Origin: Arenicellales bacterium | GTDB lineage: Bacteria; Pseudomonadota; Gammaproteobacteria; Arenicellales; CBDCFT01 | DNA length: 64,000 nt | Direction: 5' to 3' | Assembly: GCA_965216735.1 (NCBI GenBank) | Contig: OZ244198.1 | Span: forward strand, 4,927,478 to 4,991,477 | Part shown: in pieces, positions 35,308 through 45,392 of the stretch | Position numbering within the stretch: the first letter of the stretch is position 1 | Layout of the letters: each line of letters begins with the position of its first letter | Notes under the pieces: model-generated | What the model saw: only the letters and a program-made list of their open reading frames with translations | What the model was told of the DNA's origin: nothing | The model's database searches: none | Program-made: the position numbers and the translations under genes

Positions 35308-36510
35308 TTAAAAGTCTTTCGGCGGCGTGACGTAGCGCCGCGGTGGATTAAAAAAGGGTTCTTCCACAATGCGGCAACGTTCCATGGTGCGTTGCCACTT
35401 AAGTTCCTTTTGTACATAAATATCCGCCCACAAGTCGTTCCACATGCCTTGCCGTCCGGCCTGGATAGTGGCGATTGCAATATTGCGTTTGCACGTCGGC
35501 GACCACATGGCCGAGGTAACATGCCCGATTTCGGTTTTCCGGGCGTAATACAACAGAGCATCCCTGGCGGGTTTGTTACCACACACATCCAACGGTACGG
35601 TTTCGAAACGCGAACCGTTTTTTCTTTCCTCAACCAATGCATGGTGCCCGTTGAAATGTCCCTTGCGAAAATCCACCAGCCAACCAAGACCCAGCTCGAA
35701 TGGTGAGCGTCCGCGATTAGGCCGCAAACATAACTGCGCTGGAATAAAATCGGCGTGCGGCAAAATAAAGCCGGCTTCGATGCGCAACAGATTCAGGGCA
35801 CGCGATCCTAGCGGTACGATCTGATAAAACACCTGAAGCGCCATTAACTCATCCCACAATATTTCCGCGCATTCTGGATCGACCCATAGTTCGTATCCGA
35901 GATCGCCGGTAAAACCCGTGCGCGAAACCGTTAGCGAGCCACCGTGATATTCATAATCAGTAAATTGAAATGGTCTTAGATTTTCCACGTCACTGAGTCC
36001 AAAGCGCTTTAGAACGGCGCAAGAGGTCGGACCCTGCACTGCTAATGCGGCGATGTCCTCAGTCACATCATCAATTTCGACTTTAAAACCAAAGGCGGTA
36101 TCCAGTAACCAGGGTAAGTGCCGGTCTTGTACACATAAACGAAAATCGTTTTCACTTACGCGAAATAGCGTGCCATCGTCTAACACATAACCGCGGTCAT
36201 TGCAGAACACCACATAAGCAACGGCGCCGATTTTTAGTTTACGCACGTCTCGTGTTACCAACCGGTTAAGAAAATCGACTGCTTGATTGCCGTAAACGTG
36301 ATATTTGATCATTGGCGACATATCGAACAGGCTGGTTTGATTACGTGTCGCAAAATATTCGCTTTCCACCGTGTTGTAGCAGTCTACTGTAGTGTAGGCA
36401 CCCCAACGTATCCATTCATTGGTTTTACACACTGCGGATGTACGCGAGTGAAAAGGCGTGTTCACGGCCTTTTGGATTTTTGTTGGGGTAATATTTGCGT
36501 TTACGTTCAT
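35308..36510 (-). CDS. GcvT-family aminomethyltransferase-like (folate-binding) protein
   Basis: 'LFDMSPMIKYHVYG', 'ALAVQGPTS', 'SRTGFTGDLGYELW', 'LLRIEAGFI'. The ATG at 36510 shares one nt with the upstream stop (TAATG). The track's longer ORF overlaps the upstream gene. Confidence 0.85.
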   Translation of the reverse strand: MNVNANITPTKIQKAVNTPFHSRTSAVCKTNEWIRWGAYTTVDCYNTVESEYFATRNQTSLFDMSPMIKYHVYGNQAVDFLNRLVTRDVRKLKIGAVAYVVFCNDRGYVLDDGTLFRVSENDFRLCVQDRHLPWLLDTAFGFKVEIDDVTEDIAALAVQGPTSCAVLKRFGLSDVENLRPFQFTDYEYHGGSLTVSRTGFTGDLGYELWVDPECAEILWDELMALQVFYQIVPLGSRALNLLRIEAGFILPHADFIPAQLCLRPNRGRSPFELGLGWLVDFRKGHFNGHHALVEERKNGSRFETVPLDVCGNKPARDALLYYARKTEIGHVTSAMWSPTCKRNIAIATIQAGRQGMWNDLWADIYVQKELKWQRTMERCRIVEEPFFNPPRRYVTPPKDF

Positions 36511-38072
36511 TAACCCATCTCCCGCATGAGTGCGCGTGCTGCATTCATACCTGCTGCACCCATGACACCGCCACCGGGATGACATCCCGCACCACACAAA
36601 AACAAACCCGGTATCGGGGTGGTGTACTGTGCGAAACATGGTATCGGACGCAGCATCATAAAGCGCTCCAGACCCATCTCGCCGTGATGCCAGTGCCCAC
36701 CGGTCATTTTGAATTGAGTTTCAAGATCGGCTGGGTTTAAAAGTTGCGTGTCGATAATTTTTTCTTGGATATCCGGAGCGTACGCCGTCAACGTATCGAT
36801 TACGGTCTTAGTAAATTGGTCCCGCGCATTGTCCCAGCCACCGGTTAAACTGTGCGGTGCATATTGGACAATAGCGGATAATACATGTTTTCCCTCCGGG
36901 GCCAGGCTTTGGTCATGAATCGATGGAATAGTAATTTCCATAACCGGTTCTCTTGAAAATTCACCGTACTTGGAGTGGTTATGTGCAGTTTCGACGGCTT
37001 CAATACTCGGAGCGATGAGCAATCGTGCGCTCAAGCGCTGTACATCCAAACCGGTGAATTGCGGTAAATCATCCAATGCAATATTTACTTTGGCGGCATT
37101 ACCTATCATTGGAATGTTGCGAACACGTCGTAGGAAGCCGGTATCTAAATGTTCATTACCCAGCAAAGATAAAAACGTTCGTTTGGGATCCGCATTCGAT
37201 ATGACGGCGTTCGCCGCTACGATTTCCCCCGTTTCGAGTTCGACGCCTGCAGCACGATCGTTTTCCACCACAATACGTGTCACCCTAGCCTGTGTCCGAA
37301 TGTCAACACCCAACTGCATGGCCATTGTCGCTAGTGTGTCACTTAGTGTGCCCATGCCGCCGATGGGATGTGATAGCTCATTCCAGATGTGTGCCCGGCG
37401 ATGCAAATAAGTCAGCACTGTGTTTGGCGCCTGCGGTCCGTAACGTGTACCGAGTGTGGCATCGAATGCTAACGCACCCTGTAACAAAGGTGTGTTGAAA
37501 TTCTCCCTTAGCCAATCGGCGATATTCATTCCGGCAATTCGCAATAACTCGCGCATATCGCTTTTACCCAGCCGCCGAATCCGAAGGCCAAGCGCGAGCA
37601 ATTCGAAACGTTCGTGCCAACCCCTATCTTTTAAACGTGGTGGGCTATTCGCATAAACCCTGCGCAGTAGGTCGGCAAACTTTTCTACGTGGTGCTCGAA
37701 TTGCTGGTAATGAGTCGCATCCAATTCGGAAAAAGCCAGCAAATGTTCGGTCGTTCGCGCGGCGTCATGTTCGATGACTAAGTGCCGACCGTCTCTACTG
37801 AGAGAGATCGATGGCATGTGAGTGGCGGAAAATTCCAAACCATTCGCCTCAAGTCGCAAGTCTTTCCAAACATCGGGATGCAAACCATAAAACAGGTGCG
37901 CGCAACTGGACACACGGAAACCAGGACAAATTTCACCGGTCACAGCGGCGCCCCCCACTTGATCCGATGCTTCCAGTATGGTGACGTTATGACCGCTGCG
38001 TGCCAGATAGACCGCACACACCAAACCATTGTGTCCGGCACCGATGATGACAATATCCAAACGCCGGCTCAT
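36510..38072 (-). CDS. Phytoene desaturase (CrtI)/amine oxidase-family FAD-dependent oxidoreductase, paralog 2
   Basis: 'DIVIIGAGHNGLVCAVYLARSGHNVTILE' and the C-terminal 'LFLCGAGCHPGGGVMGAAGMNAA' CrtI-family signature. Confidence 0.85.
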   Translation of the reverse strand: MSRRLDIVIIGAGHNGLVCAVYLARSGHNVTILEASDQVGGAAVTGEICPGFRVSSCAHLFYGLHPDVWKDLRLEANGLEFSATHMPSISLSRDGRHLVIEHDAARTTEHLLAFSELDATHYQQFEHHVEKFADLLRRVYANSPPRLKDRGWHERFELLALGLRIRRLGKSDMRELLRIAGMNIADWLRENFNTPLLQGALAFDATLGTRYGPQAPNTVLTYLHRRAHIWNELSHPIGGMGTLSDTLATMAMQLGVDIRTQARVTRIVVENDRAAGVELETGEIVAANAVISNADPKRTFLSLLGNEHLDTGFLRRVRNIPMIGNAAKVNIALDDLPQFTGLDVQRLSARLLIAPSIEAVETAHNHSKYGEFSREPVMEITIPSIHDQSLAPEGKHVLSAIVQYAPHSLTGGWDNARDQFTKTVIDTLTAYAPDIQEKIIDTQLLNPADLETQFKMTGGHWHHGEMGLERFMMLRPIPCFAQYTTPIPGLFLCGAGCHPGGGVMGAAGMNAARALMREMG

Positions 38073-39676
38073 GAAAACGGTACAACGTCAGTCGGCATTT
38101 TCAGATCGCGCAGCATTTCACGGGCAGCATTAGCGCCTGGCGCACCCATGACACCACCGCCAGGATGAGTGCTCGAACCACACATGTATAAACCGGGAAT
38201 GGGTCCACGGTATTGTGCGAATCCGGGTAATGGGCGGTTAAACAACAATTGATCTAGAGTGAGTTCCCCTTGAAAGATGTTGCCCTCCGTCAAACCGACT
38301 TCGGCTTCCAGTTCCCGCGGCGTGCGTATCTCGGCATGCAGGATCAAATCTCTAAAATCCGGGCTGTGCTCGGCGATGGCGTCGATAACCGTATTGCCAA
38401 ACGCATCGCGGTCGGCATCCGTCCACTCCCCGGTCGCTAGCCTGGGAGGCACGTATTGCACGAATACCGTCATCATGTGTTTACCCGCTGATGCCATAGT
38501 TGGATCGATTTGTGTTGGTATCAACATATCCACATAAGGCTGCCTCGACCAGGCGCCATTTTTCCAGTCGTCATAAGCACGTTCCAGTGTTAGCATGGAA
38601 TCCGTGATATGCATGTCTCCCTGGGAGGCGGGGCAGTCATCCGGGATGGCGGTAAACGTAGGTAATCCATCCAACGCTATGTTTAGCTTTCCTGACGAAC
38701 CTCGGATTTTGAAATTTTTTACTTGACGTAAGAATTCGTCCGATAAGTGTTTATCATCTACCAGGTTTAGAAACGTTCGTTTTAGATCAAGATTCGACAC
38801 CACTTGTTGCGCGTAAAACTCATCACCGTTAGCCAATGCCACACCGGTAACACGGCCGTCGTATACCATGATATCGGTCGCTTCAGCGTTAACACGTATA
38901 TCGCCACCGGCGGCTTGCAGGGCATTTGCCAAAGCTTGAGTAATTGCACCCATACCACCACGGGCAAATCCCCACGCGCCGATTTGACCGTCCACTTCCC
39001 CCATATAATGATGTAACAATACGTATGCAGACCCGGGCGAGTACGGGCCTAAACCGGTACCGATAATAGAACTTCCAGCCAAGGCTCCTTTGATAACTTC
39101 GGATTCGAAATACTGGTCCAGAAAATCGGCACAACTAATCGTGTAGAAACGAAGTGTGTCGTAAAGCTGTTCCTCGTCAAGATCGAAAAACGCTTGCCCC
39201 AGTTGCCATAGTTCTTTGAGATCACGCCATTTAAACGAGGCTGGGTCGGGGGGCGTGCGCATGAGCATTGGTTTAATAAACCGGCATTGACGCGATACTT
39301 CCAGGCTGTAGTCATCATAAGCCTCCGAGTCCCGTGCGGAGTGACGCGCCATCTCACGGCGGTTCGCTTCATGATCGGAATAGCTGCAAAGATAGTTGCC
39401 GTCACGCATCAAGGTAATATTGCCTTCGTAAGGTATGATTTGTAGACCGAAACGGGACAACTCAAGAGTGCGCATGATTTCCGGGCGTAGCAAACTGCAT
39501 ACATAGGAGCAATTGGAATAAGTAAATCCCGGATACAATTCACGGCTGATGGCGGCGCCACCGACTTGGTCATTTTTTTCCAGCACCAAAACACGCACGC
39601 CCGCATTGGCCAGATAGCAGGCGTTGATCAAGCCGTTGTGACCCGCACCGATAACGATGACGTCGTAGCTATTCAC
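38069..39676 (-). CDS. Phytoene desaturase (CrtI)/amine oxidase-family FAD-dependent oxidoreductase, paralog 1
   Basis: 'DVIVIGAGHNGLINACYLANAGVRVLVLE' and C-terminal 'LYMCGSSTHPGGGVMGAPGANAA'. 4-nt ATGA overlap with paralog 2. Confidence 0.85.
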   Translation of the reverse strand: MNSYDVIVIGAGHNGLINACYLANAGVRVLVLEKNDQVGGAAISRELYPGFTYSNCSYVCSLLRPEIMRTLELSRFGLQIIPYEGNITLMRDGNYLCSYSDHEANRREMARHSARDSEAYDDYSLEVSRQCRFIKPMLMRTPPDPASFKWRDLKELWQLGQAFFDLDEEQLYDTLRFYTISCADFLDQYFESEVIKGALAGSSIIGTGLGPYSPGSAYVLLHHYMGEVDGQIGAWGFARGGMGAITQALANALQAAGGDIRVNAEATDIMVYDGRVTGVALANGDEFYAQQVVSNLDLKRTFLNLVDDKHLSDEFLRQVKNFKIRGSSGKLNIALDGLPTFTAIPDDCPASQGDMHITDSMLTLERAYDDWKNGAWSRQPYVDMLIPTQIDPTMASAGKHMMTVFVQYVPPRLATGEWTDADRDAFGNTVIDAIAEHSPDFRDLILHAEIRTPRELEAEVGLTEGNIFQGELTLDQLLFNRPLPGFAQYRGPIPGLYMCGSSTHPGGGVMGAPGANAAREMLRDLKMPTDVVPFS

Positions 39677-39778
39677 ACAGATTAGAGGAGCTTTGGATTA
39701 CTTAGTTATCTACACGAATGGTCGCATATCCCCTTGCGTGTGGAAACTCCGTCCCGGTTCAGAAGTTCCCTTTTTGAT

Positions 39779-40573
39779 CTAAATTGGGCGGTACAAAATG
39801 AACGACAAATCGTCCGGATGAGCAGGGGTTTTATCGGAAGGTGGCCATCGTTTCATACGCTCGCTGGCTTGATCGACTAACGTCTGTGCCGATTCCGGTA
39901 ATGGGCCCTTGCGCACGGATTCAATAATTTCTTCTTCGAATAAGTTATCAAATAATCCATCACTCGCCACCAGCACCGTATCGCGCGGGGCTAACGTAAT
40001 TCGGGTTCCTACATCGATATACATGTCTATGCTTCCAATAACGTTAGACACCAAATTACGCTCGCTATGCAGCAGCGCATCGATTTCGGATAATCTTCCC
40101 GACTCCAGCGCCTCGCCTACCGGTGAGTGCGTTGGCGCGCGGAACTTAGGTTTGCCTTGTTGTCCGATTACCCACACGGAGGAATCACCCACTTGGTAGG
40201 TCAGTAACTCGTTTTCGCGAATCTCGGCCACTGACAATGTGGTTGCGTTACCCGCTTCTTCGCTAACTAGCACGTTGTTACAGCCGTTGACAATTTCCTC
40301 TATGGTATTGTTGCGGTTGTTATTGAGGCCGTGTGCCAGGTCGTCAACTACCCGCTTCGAGGCAGCCGCGCCTTTAGGTAGACCACCTAATCCGTCAGCA
40401 ACGGCCAGAACATTATGTTTTTGGTTGATTTGGATCACGGCGACGGAATCTTCATTGTCCCTGGTTTTTCCGGGCGCTCGTCTAGTAAATACCACCGCGT
40501 CACCACCGCTCAACTTGATTTCGCTGGGTGTATCAAAATCCATCCCGCTGTAGATAAACGGTTGATAAGTCAA
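39779..40573 (-). CDS. PP2C-family Ser/Thr protein phosphatase
   Basis: 'NEDSVAV', 'LAVADGLGG', 'VLVASDGLFDNL'. Confidence 0.8.
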   Translation of the reverse strand: MTYQPFIYSGMDFDTPSEIKLSGGDAVVFTRRAPGKTRDNEDSVAVIQINQKHNVLAVADGLGGLPKGAAASKRVVDDLAHGLNNNRNNTIEEIVNGCNNVLVSEEAGNATTLSVAEIRENELLTYQVGDSSVWVIGQQGKPKFRAPTHSPVGEALESGRLSEIDALLHSERNLVSNVIGSIDMYIDVGTRITLAPRDTVLVASDGLFDNLFEEEIIESVRKGPLPESAQTLVDQASERMKRWPPSDKTPAHPDDLSFILYRPI

Positions 40574-40608
40574 GGGAAATCCCCTTGCAACGAATTACAG
40601 AACAATAC

Positions 40609-41340
40609 TTAGGACCATTCAAGATTCTCGATATAAGCACGCAGTTTACCTGCAGTGCGAAATTTCTTCACAATCAGGGATTGTTTTAGTCCACAGCATA
40701 TCCCTTTGATTTCCGGCGGCAGCGAGGCGTAATGCTTTTGTCCTCCCATTGCATCGTAAAAAATACGTACCAGGCAAATTACATCATGGCGAATGTTTTC
40801 TGCGTTGGGCGGGCCCCAATGAAACATATCCAACAATTTTAGATCAAAGCCTAACCCAAGGCGTTGCACAATCACATTGTCCGTGTGTAAGTCGCCGTGA
40901 TAATCGCCTAACGCGTGAATTTGTTGAATACCCGTAGCCAGCGCGTGCAACAAGTGCAAGGCCTGAAATGGGCTGAGCCGCTTACCTTTTTGACGCTTCA
41001 AGAAATCGGTAAGTAACTCACCTTCCACATAATCGGATACCAGGAACGAGATTTTATGATCCTTGTGCTCGAATTGGTCTTGGGTGTGATACTGAATGAC
41101 GATTGGGCATTGACGCAATTTGTGCAACTTACGCGCGTAAAACTTGAGTGCTCTGTCACGCACATTTCGGTGTGGAAAAAAGAATTTTGCTGTGCGTTCG
41201 ATACCGGTCGCTAGTTCTCGCACCAAATACACTTCACCCTCCCACCCGCCACCGAGAAAACTAGTCACACTGTATTTACCGGCGATAAGGACACCGGGAC
41301 GCAGCCGAAATTTGTCTATTCGGTTTGATTTTTTTCGCAT
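40609..41340 (-). CDS. Small Ser/Thr protein kinase-like protein
   Basis: Gly-rich loop 'LGGGWEGEVYL', 'AKFF' (catalytic Lys region), catalytic loop 'HGDLHTDNVIV', then 'KLLDMF'. Confidence 0.75.
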   Translation of the reverse strand: MRKKSNRIDKFRLRPGVLIAGKYSVTSFLGGGWEGEVYLVRELATGIERTAKFFFPHRNVRDRALKFYARKLHKLRQCPIVIQYHTQDQFEHKDHKISFLVSDYVEGELLTDFLKRQKGKRLSPFQALHLLHALATGIQQIHALGDYHGDLHTDNVIVQRLGLGFDLKLLDMFHWGPPNAENIRHDVICLVRIFYDAMGGQKHYASLPPEIKGICCGLKQSLIVKKFRTAGKLRAYIENLEWS

Positions 41341-41466
41341 ACTGTTCCTTACCCACCTTTTCCACCTTTTTGGGGCGCGAATGATAACTTAAATAATCAT
41401 CAACCACTCATAAATAGGTTATCTTCAGCGTTTACCCACTGTTATAACGTTTATAATCGGAAAGCC

Positions 41467-41976
41467 ATGCAACGCATTCTGTACTTGCTCAGACACGCGA
41501 AGTCCGATTGGTCGAAAAACGTGCCAGACTTCGACCGGCCACTGAATAGACGTGGTCGGCGATCTACGGATGCTATGGGGCAATGGATGTTACAACACGA
41601 CGCTCTACCAAAACGGATTGTGAGTTCTCCTGCGCAAAGAGCAAAGCAAACGGCTCTGAAAATCTGTGTGGCCGCCAATATTGATGAGCGCGTTGTCGAA
41701 TGGGACGAACGAATCTATGAAGCTGATTTAGAGACACTATTGTATGTATTAGCCGATTATGCGGACGAACCACAGTCGATTATGTTGGTCGGCCACAATC
41801 CCGGTTTTGAAACCCTGGTACGTTATCTGGCGGGGAGTAGTATCGAGAAGCACGAGCGTTTGAAGCTGATGCCCACCGCTGCCCTGGCAAAGTTAAACAT
41901 GCCTTTGCAGTGGGGTGAACTTGATCAAGGGAGCGGGAAACTTATATCCATTACGCGGCCGAAAGAGATCGCTTGA
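41467..41976 (+). CDS. sixA: SixA-type phosphohistidine phosphatase (histidine phosphatase superfamily)
   Basis: 'LYLLRHAKSDW' (RHG motif) and 'IMLVGHNPGFE'. Confidence 0.8.
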   Translation: MQRILYLLRHAKSDWSKNVPDFDRPLNRRGRRSTDAMGQWMLQHDALPKRIVSSPAQRAKQTALKICVAANIDERVVEWDERIYEADLETLLYVLADYADEPQSIMLVGHNPGFETLVRYLAGSSIEKHERLKLMPTAALAKLNMPLQWGELDQGSGKLISITRPKEIA

Positions 41977-42017
41977 TATAAAAAATTCGATGCATTCATT
42001 GGAACCCCTGAGACGCA

Positions 42018-43532
42018 ATGTCTGAACGAACAGCCCAAGGAAATGGCCAGGAAAATAATGCCATCGCCGGGATTGATCTCGGTTCCAACAGTTTTCATTT
42101 GGTGGTCGCTCACGTCAATGGTGACGATGTTCAAGTGGTCGACCGTATCAAGGAGACGGTACGTTTGGGTGCGGGGCTGGATGAAAAACGTCGTTTAACC
42201 GGAGAGGCAATACAACGTGGGTTGGATTGCCTCACTTTGTTTGCCCAGCGTGTTCGTGAAATTACGCCCGGCCGGGTATATGCGGTGGGAACCAATGCCT
42301 TACGCCAGGCCCGAAACCGTGACGAGTTCGTACGCCAAGGCGCGAGTATTCTTGGTCATCCTATCAATGTCATCAACGGTCGGGAAGAAGCGCGGCTTAT
42401 TTATGCTGGAGTGGCGCGAACAGTTGCATCCGATGACCGCCGCCGCCTGGTAATGGACATCGGCGGCGGCAGCACCGAGTTCATTGTCGGCCAAGGCAGC
42501 TATCCTTTGTTGCTGGAAAGTCTTTATATGGGGTGTGTCAGTTGGACGGCACAGTTTTTCCCAAGTGGTAAGATTTCCCGCAAAGCATTCGACGCGGCGG
42601 TGGTGGCTGCGCGTCAGGAGCTCGAGGCTATCGAGTTCGAGTACCGCAATATGGGTTGGGAAACCAGTATTGGTTCGTCGGGCACTAACCTCGCTATTGC
42701 TGACATAGTCAGCAGGCGTATGAACCTCTCCTATATGAACAAGCTGGCGATATTGGATTTGCGCGATCAGGTTTTGCAATTGGGTAAGTTCGAAGCGTTG
42801 ACCGAATTGGGTGTACCGGTTGAGCGCGCTCAGGTGTTGCCAGGCGGTCTGGCGATTCTGCTAGCCGCTTTTGAATCATTGGGCATTGGCGAGATGTCGG
42901 TGTCTCATGGTGCATTGCGTGAAGGATTGTTGTACGACATTGTCGAACGTATGAATCGCCGTGATATTAGAGATGACGCGGTGGAAGAATTAATGGAACG
43001 TTACGGCGTTGACCGCGAACAAGTTAACCGTGTCGAACGAACGGTCTTGCAGTGTTTTGACGATGTACAGGATAAATGGAAGTTGGATGATAGCGTTGCA
43101 CGAAAATTATTGGCGTGGGCAGTGCGGTTGCATGAGATCGGTCGCACCGTGTCGCACAATCAGTATCATAAGCATGGCGCATATCTGGTGCGTCATCACG
43201 ATTTACGTGGATTTTCGCGTGAACAACAGGCGTTATTAGCGACCCTGGTGCGGGGTCACCGGCGCAAGTTTCCTGTGGGTGTTATCAAGGAGTTACCGGA
43301 AGATCACAGAACCCTCGCCACTCGATTGAGTGTTTTGTTGCGTTTAGCGGTATTGCTGCATCGTAGCCGTAGCCCCAACGCCCTGGGTGATTTTGACCTT
43401 AATGTAAAGAACACGCGATTGACATTGGAGTTTGAGCCGGGTTGGTTAGACGAGCACCCGTTGACCCGCGCCGATCTTTTTCAGGAGGCGGAGTACCTGG
43501 GTAAGGCCGAAATAGAACTACGTATCAAATAA
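42018..43532 (+). CDS. ppx: Exopolyphosphatase / guanosine pentaphosphate phosphohydrolase (Ppx/GppA family)
   Basis: 'AGIDLGSNSFHLVVA', 'VMDIGGGSTEF', and a C-terminal HD-like 'HNQYHKHGAYLV'. Confidence 0.9.
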   Translation: MSERTAQGNGQENNAIAGIDLGSNSFHLVVAHVNGDDVQVVDRIKETVRLGAGLDEKRRLTGEAIQRGLDCLTLFAQRVREITPGRVYAVGTNALRQARNRDEFVRQGASILGHPINVINGREEARLIYAGVARTVASDDRRRLVMDIGGGSTEFIVGQGSYPLLLESLYMGCVSWTAQFFPSGKISRKAFDAAVVAARQELEAIEFEYRNMGWETSIGSSGTNLAIADIVSRRMNLSYMNKLAILDLRDQVLQLGKFEALTELGVPVERAQVLPGGLAILLAAFESLGIGEMSVSHGALREGLLYDIVERMNRRDIRDDAVEELMERYGVDREQVNRVERTVLQCFDDVQDKWKLDDSVARKLLAWAVRLHEIGRTVSHNQYHKHGAYLVRHHDLRGFSREQQALLATLVRGHRRKFPVGVIKELPEDHRTLATRLSVLLRLAVLLHRSRSPNALGDFDLNVKNTRLTLEFEPGWLDEHPLTRADLFQEAEYLGKAEIELRIK

Positions 43533-43746
43533 CCTTGTTCGCGGTTTGGTTAGCCCGATCAGCACTCGGCGGTGGCAGTAAGACACGGTCATTCCTCTTA
43601 GCCGGCGATACATAGGCGCGTAGAAGAACCTGACGAAATGCACCTTTCGATTTACGTGACAACCGAGCGTTTTAGATTAAACTTTTCCGTTTTTTGCCGC
43701 TATGCGGGTGATGTGGCCCTGGTGCTGCTCCGGGGTGCAGGTTTTA

Positions 43747-45204
43747 CTATTGCACGATCTTTATCAACTGACCGGGTGTGGGTTCGCCGTCAGGATACAA
43801 ACCGTTAATCAGTCGTAATTGATCTTCAGCATAATTAGTCAACGCTGACTTTTTCGCCAATTTGGCAAACGTGTCGCCCTTACGTGCCCGTATAATCTTG
43901 ACATGCCGTGCACGGGCGAGTTTTTTCTCGTTGCTGTGCAGCCTGCGCATGCTCTCAACGGTATCAAAAAACGCATCACCCGGTAGACCAGTCTTACTGG
44001 CGGCTTGTGCGATAAACACTTTCTTGCTGTCTCGGAATATTGCGGCCGCCCGAGTTGGTTTTTGTCCCCACGGTGTCTGGGAGCTTACCACACCCGAATA
44101 CGCCGCTTCGCCGTCAATGCGCATGGTTTGACCGTCGTCTACGCGCTTGAACGCTTGTTTCAAAAATTGTTCCGGTGTCTGTTTTTTGTTCAAGTCTTGT
44201 AGACGAAGCTGGAATATGGAGTCATTGGTTTTCGAAGTCGCCAGTAGCCGGTCAGATAAATTTTCAACACGCCAATCCCGTGGGAATTCAACAAACAGAT
44301 CGAGATCTTTGTGATAAAACTTGTTGCCACGTAGCACGCCTTGATCTTCACCATGGCCGTACACCAGTCCATCCATGCGTTTTAAAAATGCTTCGTCATC
44401 CGGTTGGCGGGCGGGTCCGGTTTGATACTGCTTGGTCTCGTCGATTAATTCTTGTAAACGTGTATCGTTACGCGGGTGGGTAGAAAACAAATGATAGGTT
44501 TGTGGCTGTCGGCCCTCTGCTTTGGCGCGTGCGGTTTCATATTCCTCGTGAAATTTTAGAATTTCGATGGTTTTAATCATTTCGGTTGGGTCGTAATTGG
44601 TTCGAGCGAGGTATTCCGCCCCAAGACGGTCGGCTTCCAATTCGTGCTTTCGACCGTAACCTGCTATCGCGGCGCCACCAAGAATATTGGATAAGTCGCC
44701 TACCGCCCGATTACCGGTCGCCGCGGTGGCTACTGCTCCCAAGATACCGGCGAGCGATGCACTGGCATGCCGGCGCACCGAATGCCGTGCTGTGACATGA
44801 CCGATCTCATGACCTAAAACACCGACAAGTTGGCTTTCCGACACCATGTGCGCCATGATGCCGCGGGTAATGTAAATATAACCCCCAGGTAACGCGAAGG
44901 CATTAAACATCGGTGTATCAAGAACAGTGAAGTGATACACTAGGTTGTCTCGGTGGCTTTTTGCTGCCAACTCTTCGCCCAGACGCGTGACATAAGCCTG
45001 TAGCTCCGGATCATCCACTGCCTTGAACTGTTGCATGACTTTTTGATGCTCTTGCCGGCCCAGGGCGAGTTCTTGCTCCTCCGACATCATGACAAAGTCA
45101 GATTTGCCTGTGACTGGGTTGGTCGCACATCCAGTAAGTGTTGTAATCGTAAAAATTAAGACAATAAAAACAAAAAGATACCCGACTTTATTTGATCTAC
45201 CCAT
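43747..45204 (-). CDS. M48-family zinc metalloprotease lipoprotein with a C-terminal LysM domain
   Basis: Lipobox 'LTGCA', 'GVLGHEIGHVTARH' (HExxH), and C-terminal LysM-like 'HVKIIRARKGDTFAKLAKK...LINGL'. Confidence 0.85.
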   Translation of the reverse strand: MGRSNKVGYLFVFIVLIFTITTLTGCATNPVTGKSDFVMMSEEQELALGRQEHQKVMQQFKAVDDPELQAYVTRLGEELAAKSHRDNLVYHFTVLDTPMFNAFALPGGYIYITRGIMAHMVSESQLVGVLGHEIGHVTARHSVRRHASASLAGILGAVATAATGNRAVGDLSNILGGAAIAGYGRKHELEADRLGAEYLARTNYDPTEMIKTIEILKFHEEYETARAKAEGRQPQTYHLFSTHPRNDTRLQELIDETKQYQTGPARQPDDEAFLKRMDGLVYGHGEDQGVLRGNKFYHKDLDLFVEFPRDWRVENLSDRLLATSKTNDSIFQLRLQDLNKKQTPEQFLKQAFKRVDDGQTMRIDGEAAYSGVVSSQTPWGQKPTRAAAIFRDSKKVFIAQAASKTGLPGDAFFDTVESMRRLHSNEKKLARARHVKIIRARKGDTFAKLAKKSALTNYAEDQLRLINGLYPDGEPTPGQLIKIVQ

Positions 45205-45392
45205 GATTCGACTCTCTCGATTCTAGTAACACGGAAAGTGGTTATTTTAACCCAATCAAACCATGGCTTCGTCGTGCAATGAGAAGCAAACCTTAGGCGA
45301 AGATCTAGATCGGATAGACTAAGCCTCTTGTCCGAATCTTTTTTACTAGGTAACTTTATCGCCCCGAAATCATGCAGGCATAAAAACGAATT

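Noticed and set aside
36510-36639. The N-terminal 43-codon extension of the GcvT-like ORF, and similar extensions of copA (30155-30271) and addA (23353-23397) in the ORF track.
   Set aside because: The extensions overlap the 3' ends of the upstream genes. In each case an internal ATG placed at a stop-start overlap (TAATG, ATGAATGA or ATGA) gives the expected conserved N-terminus.
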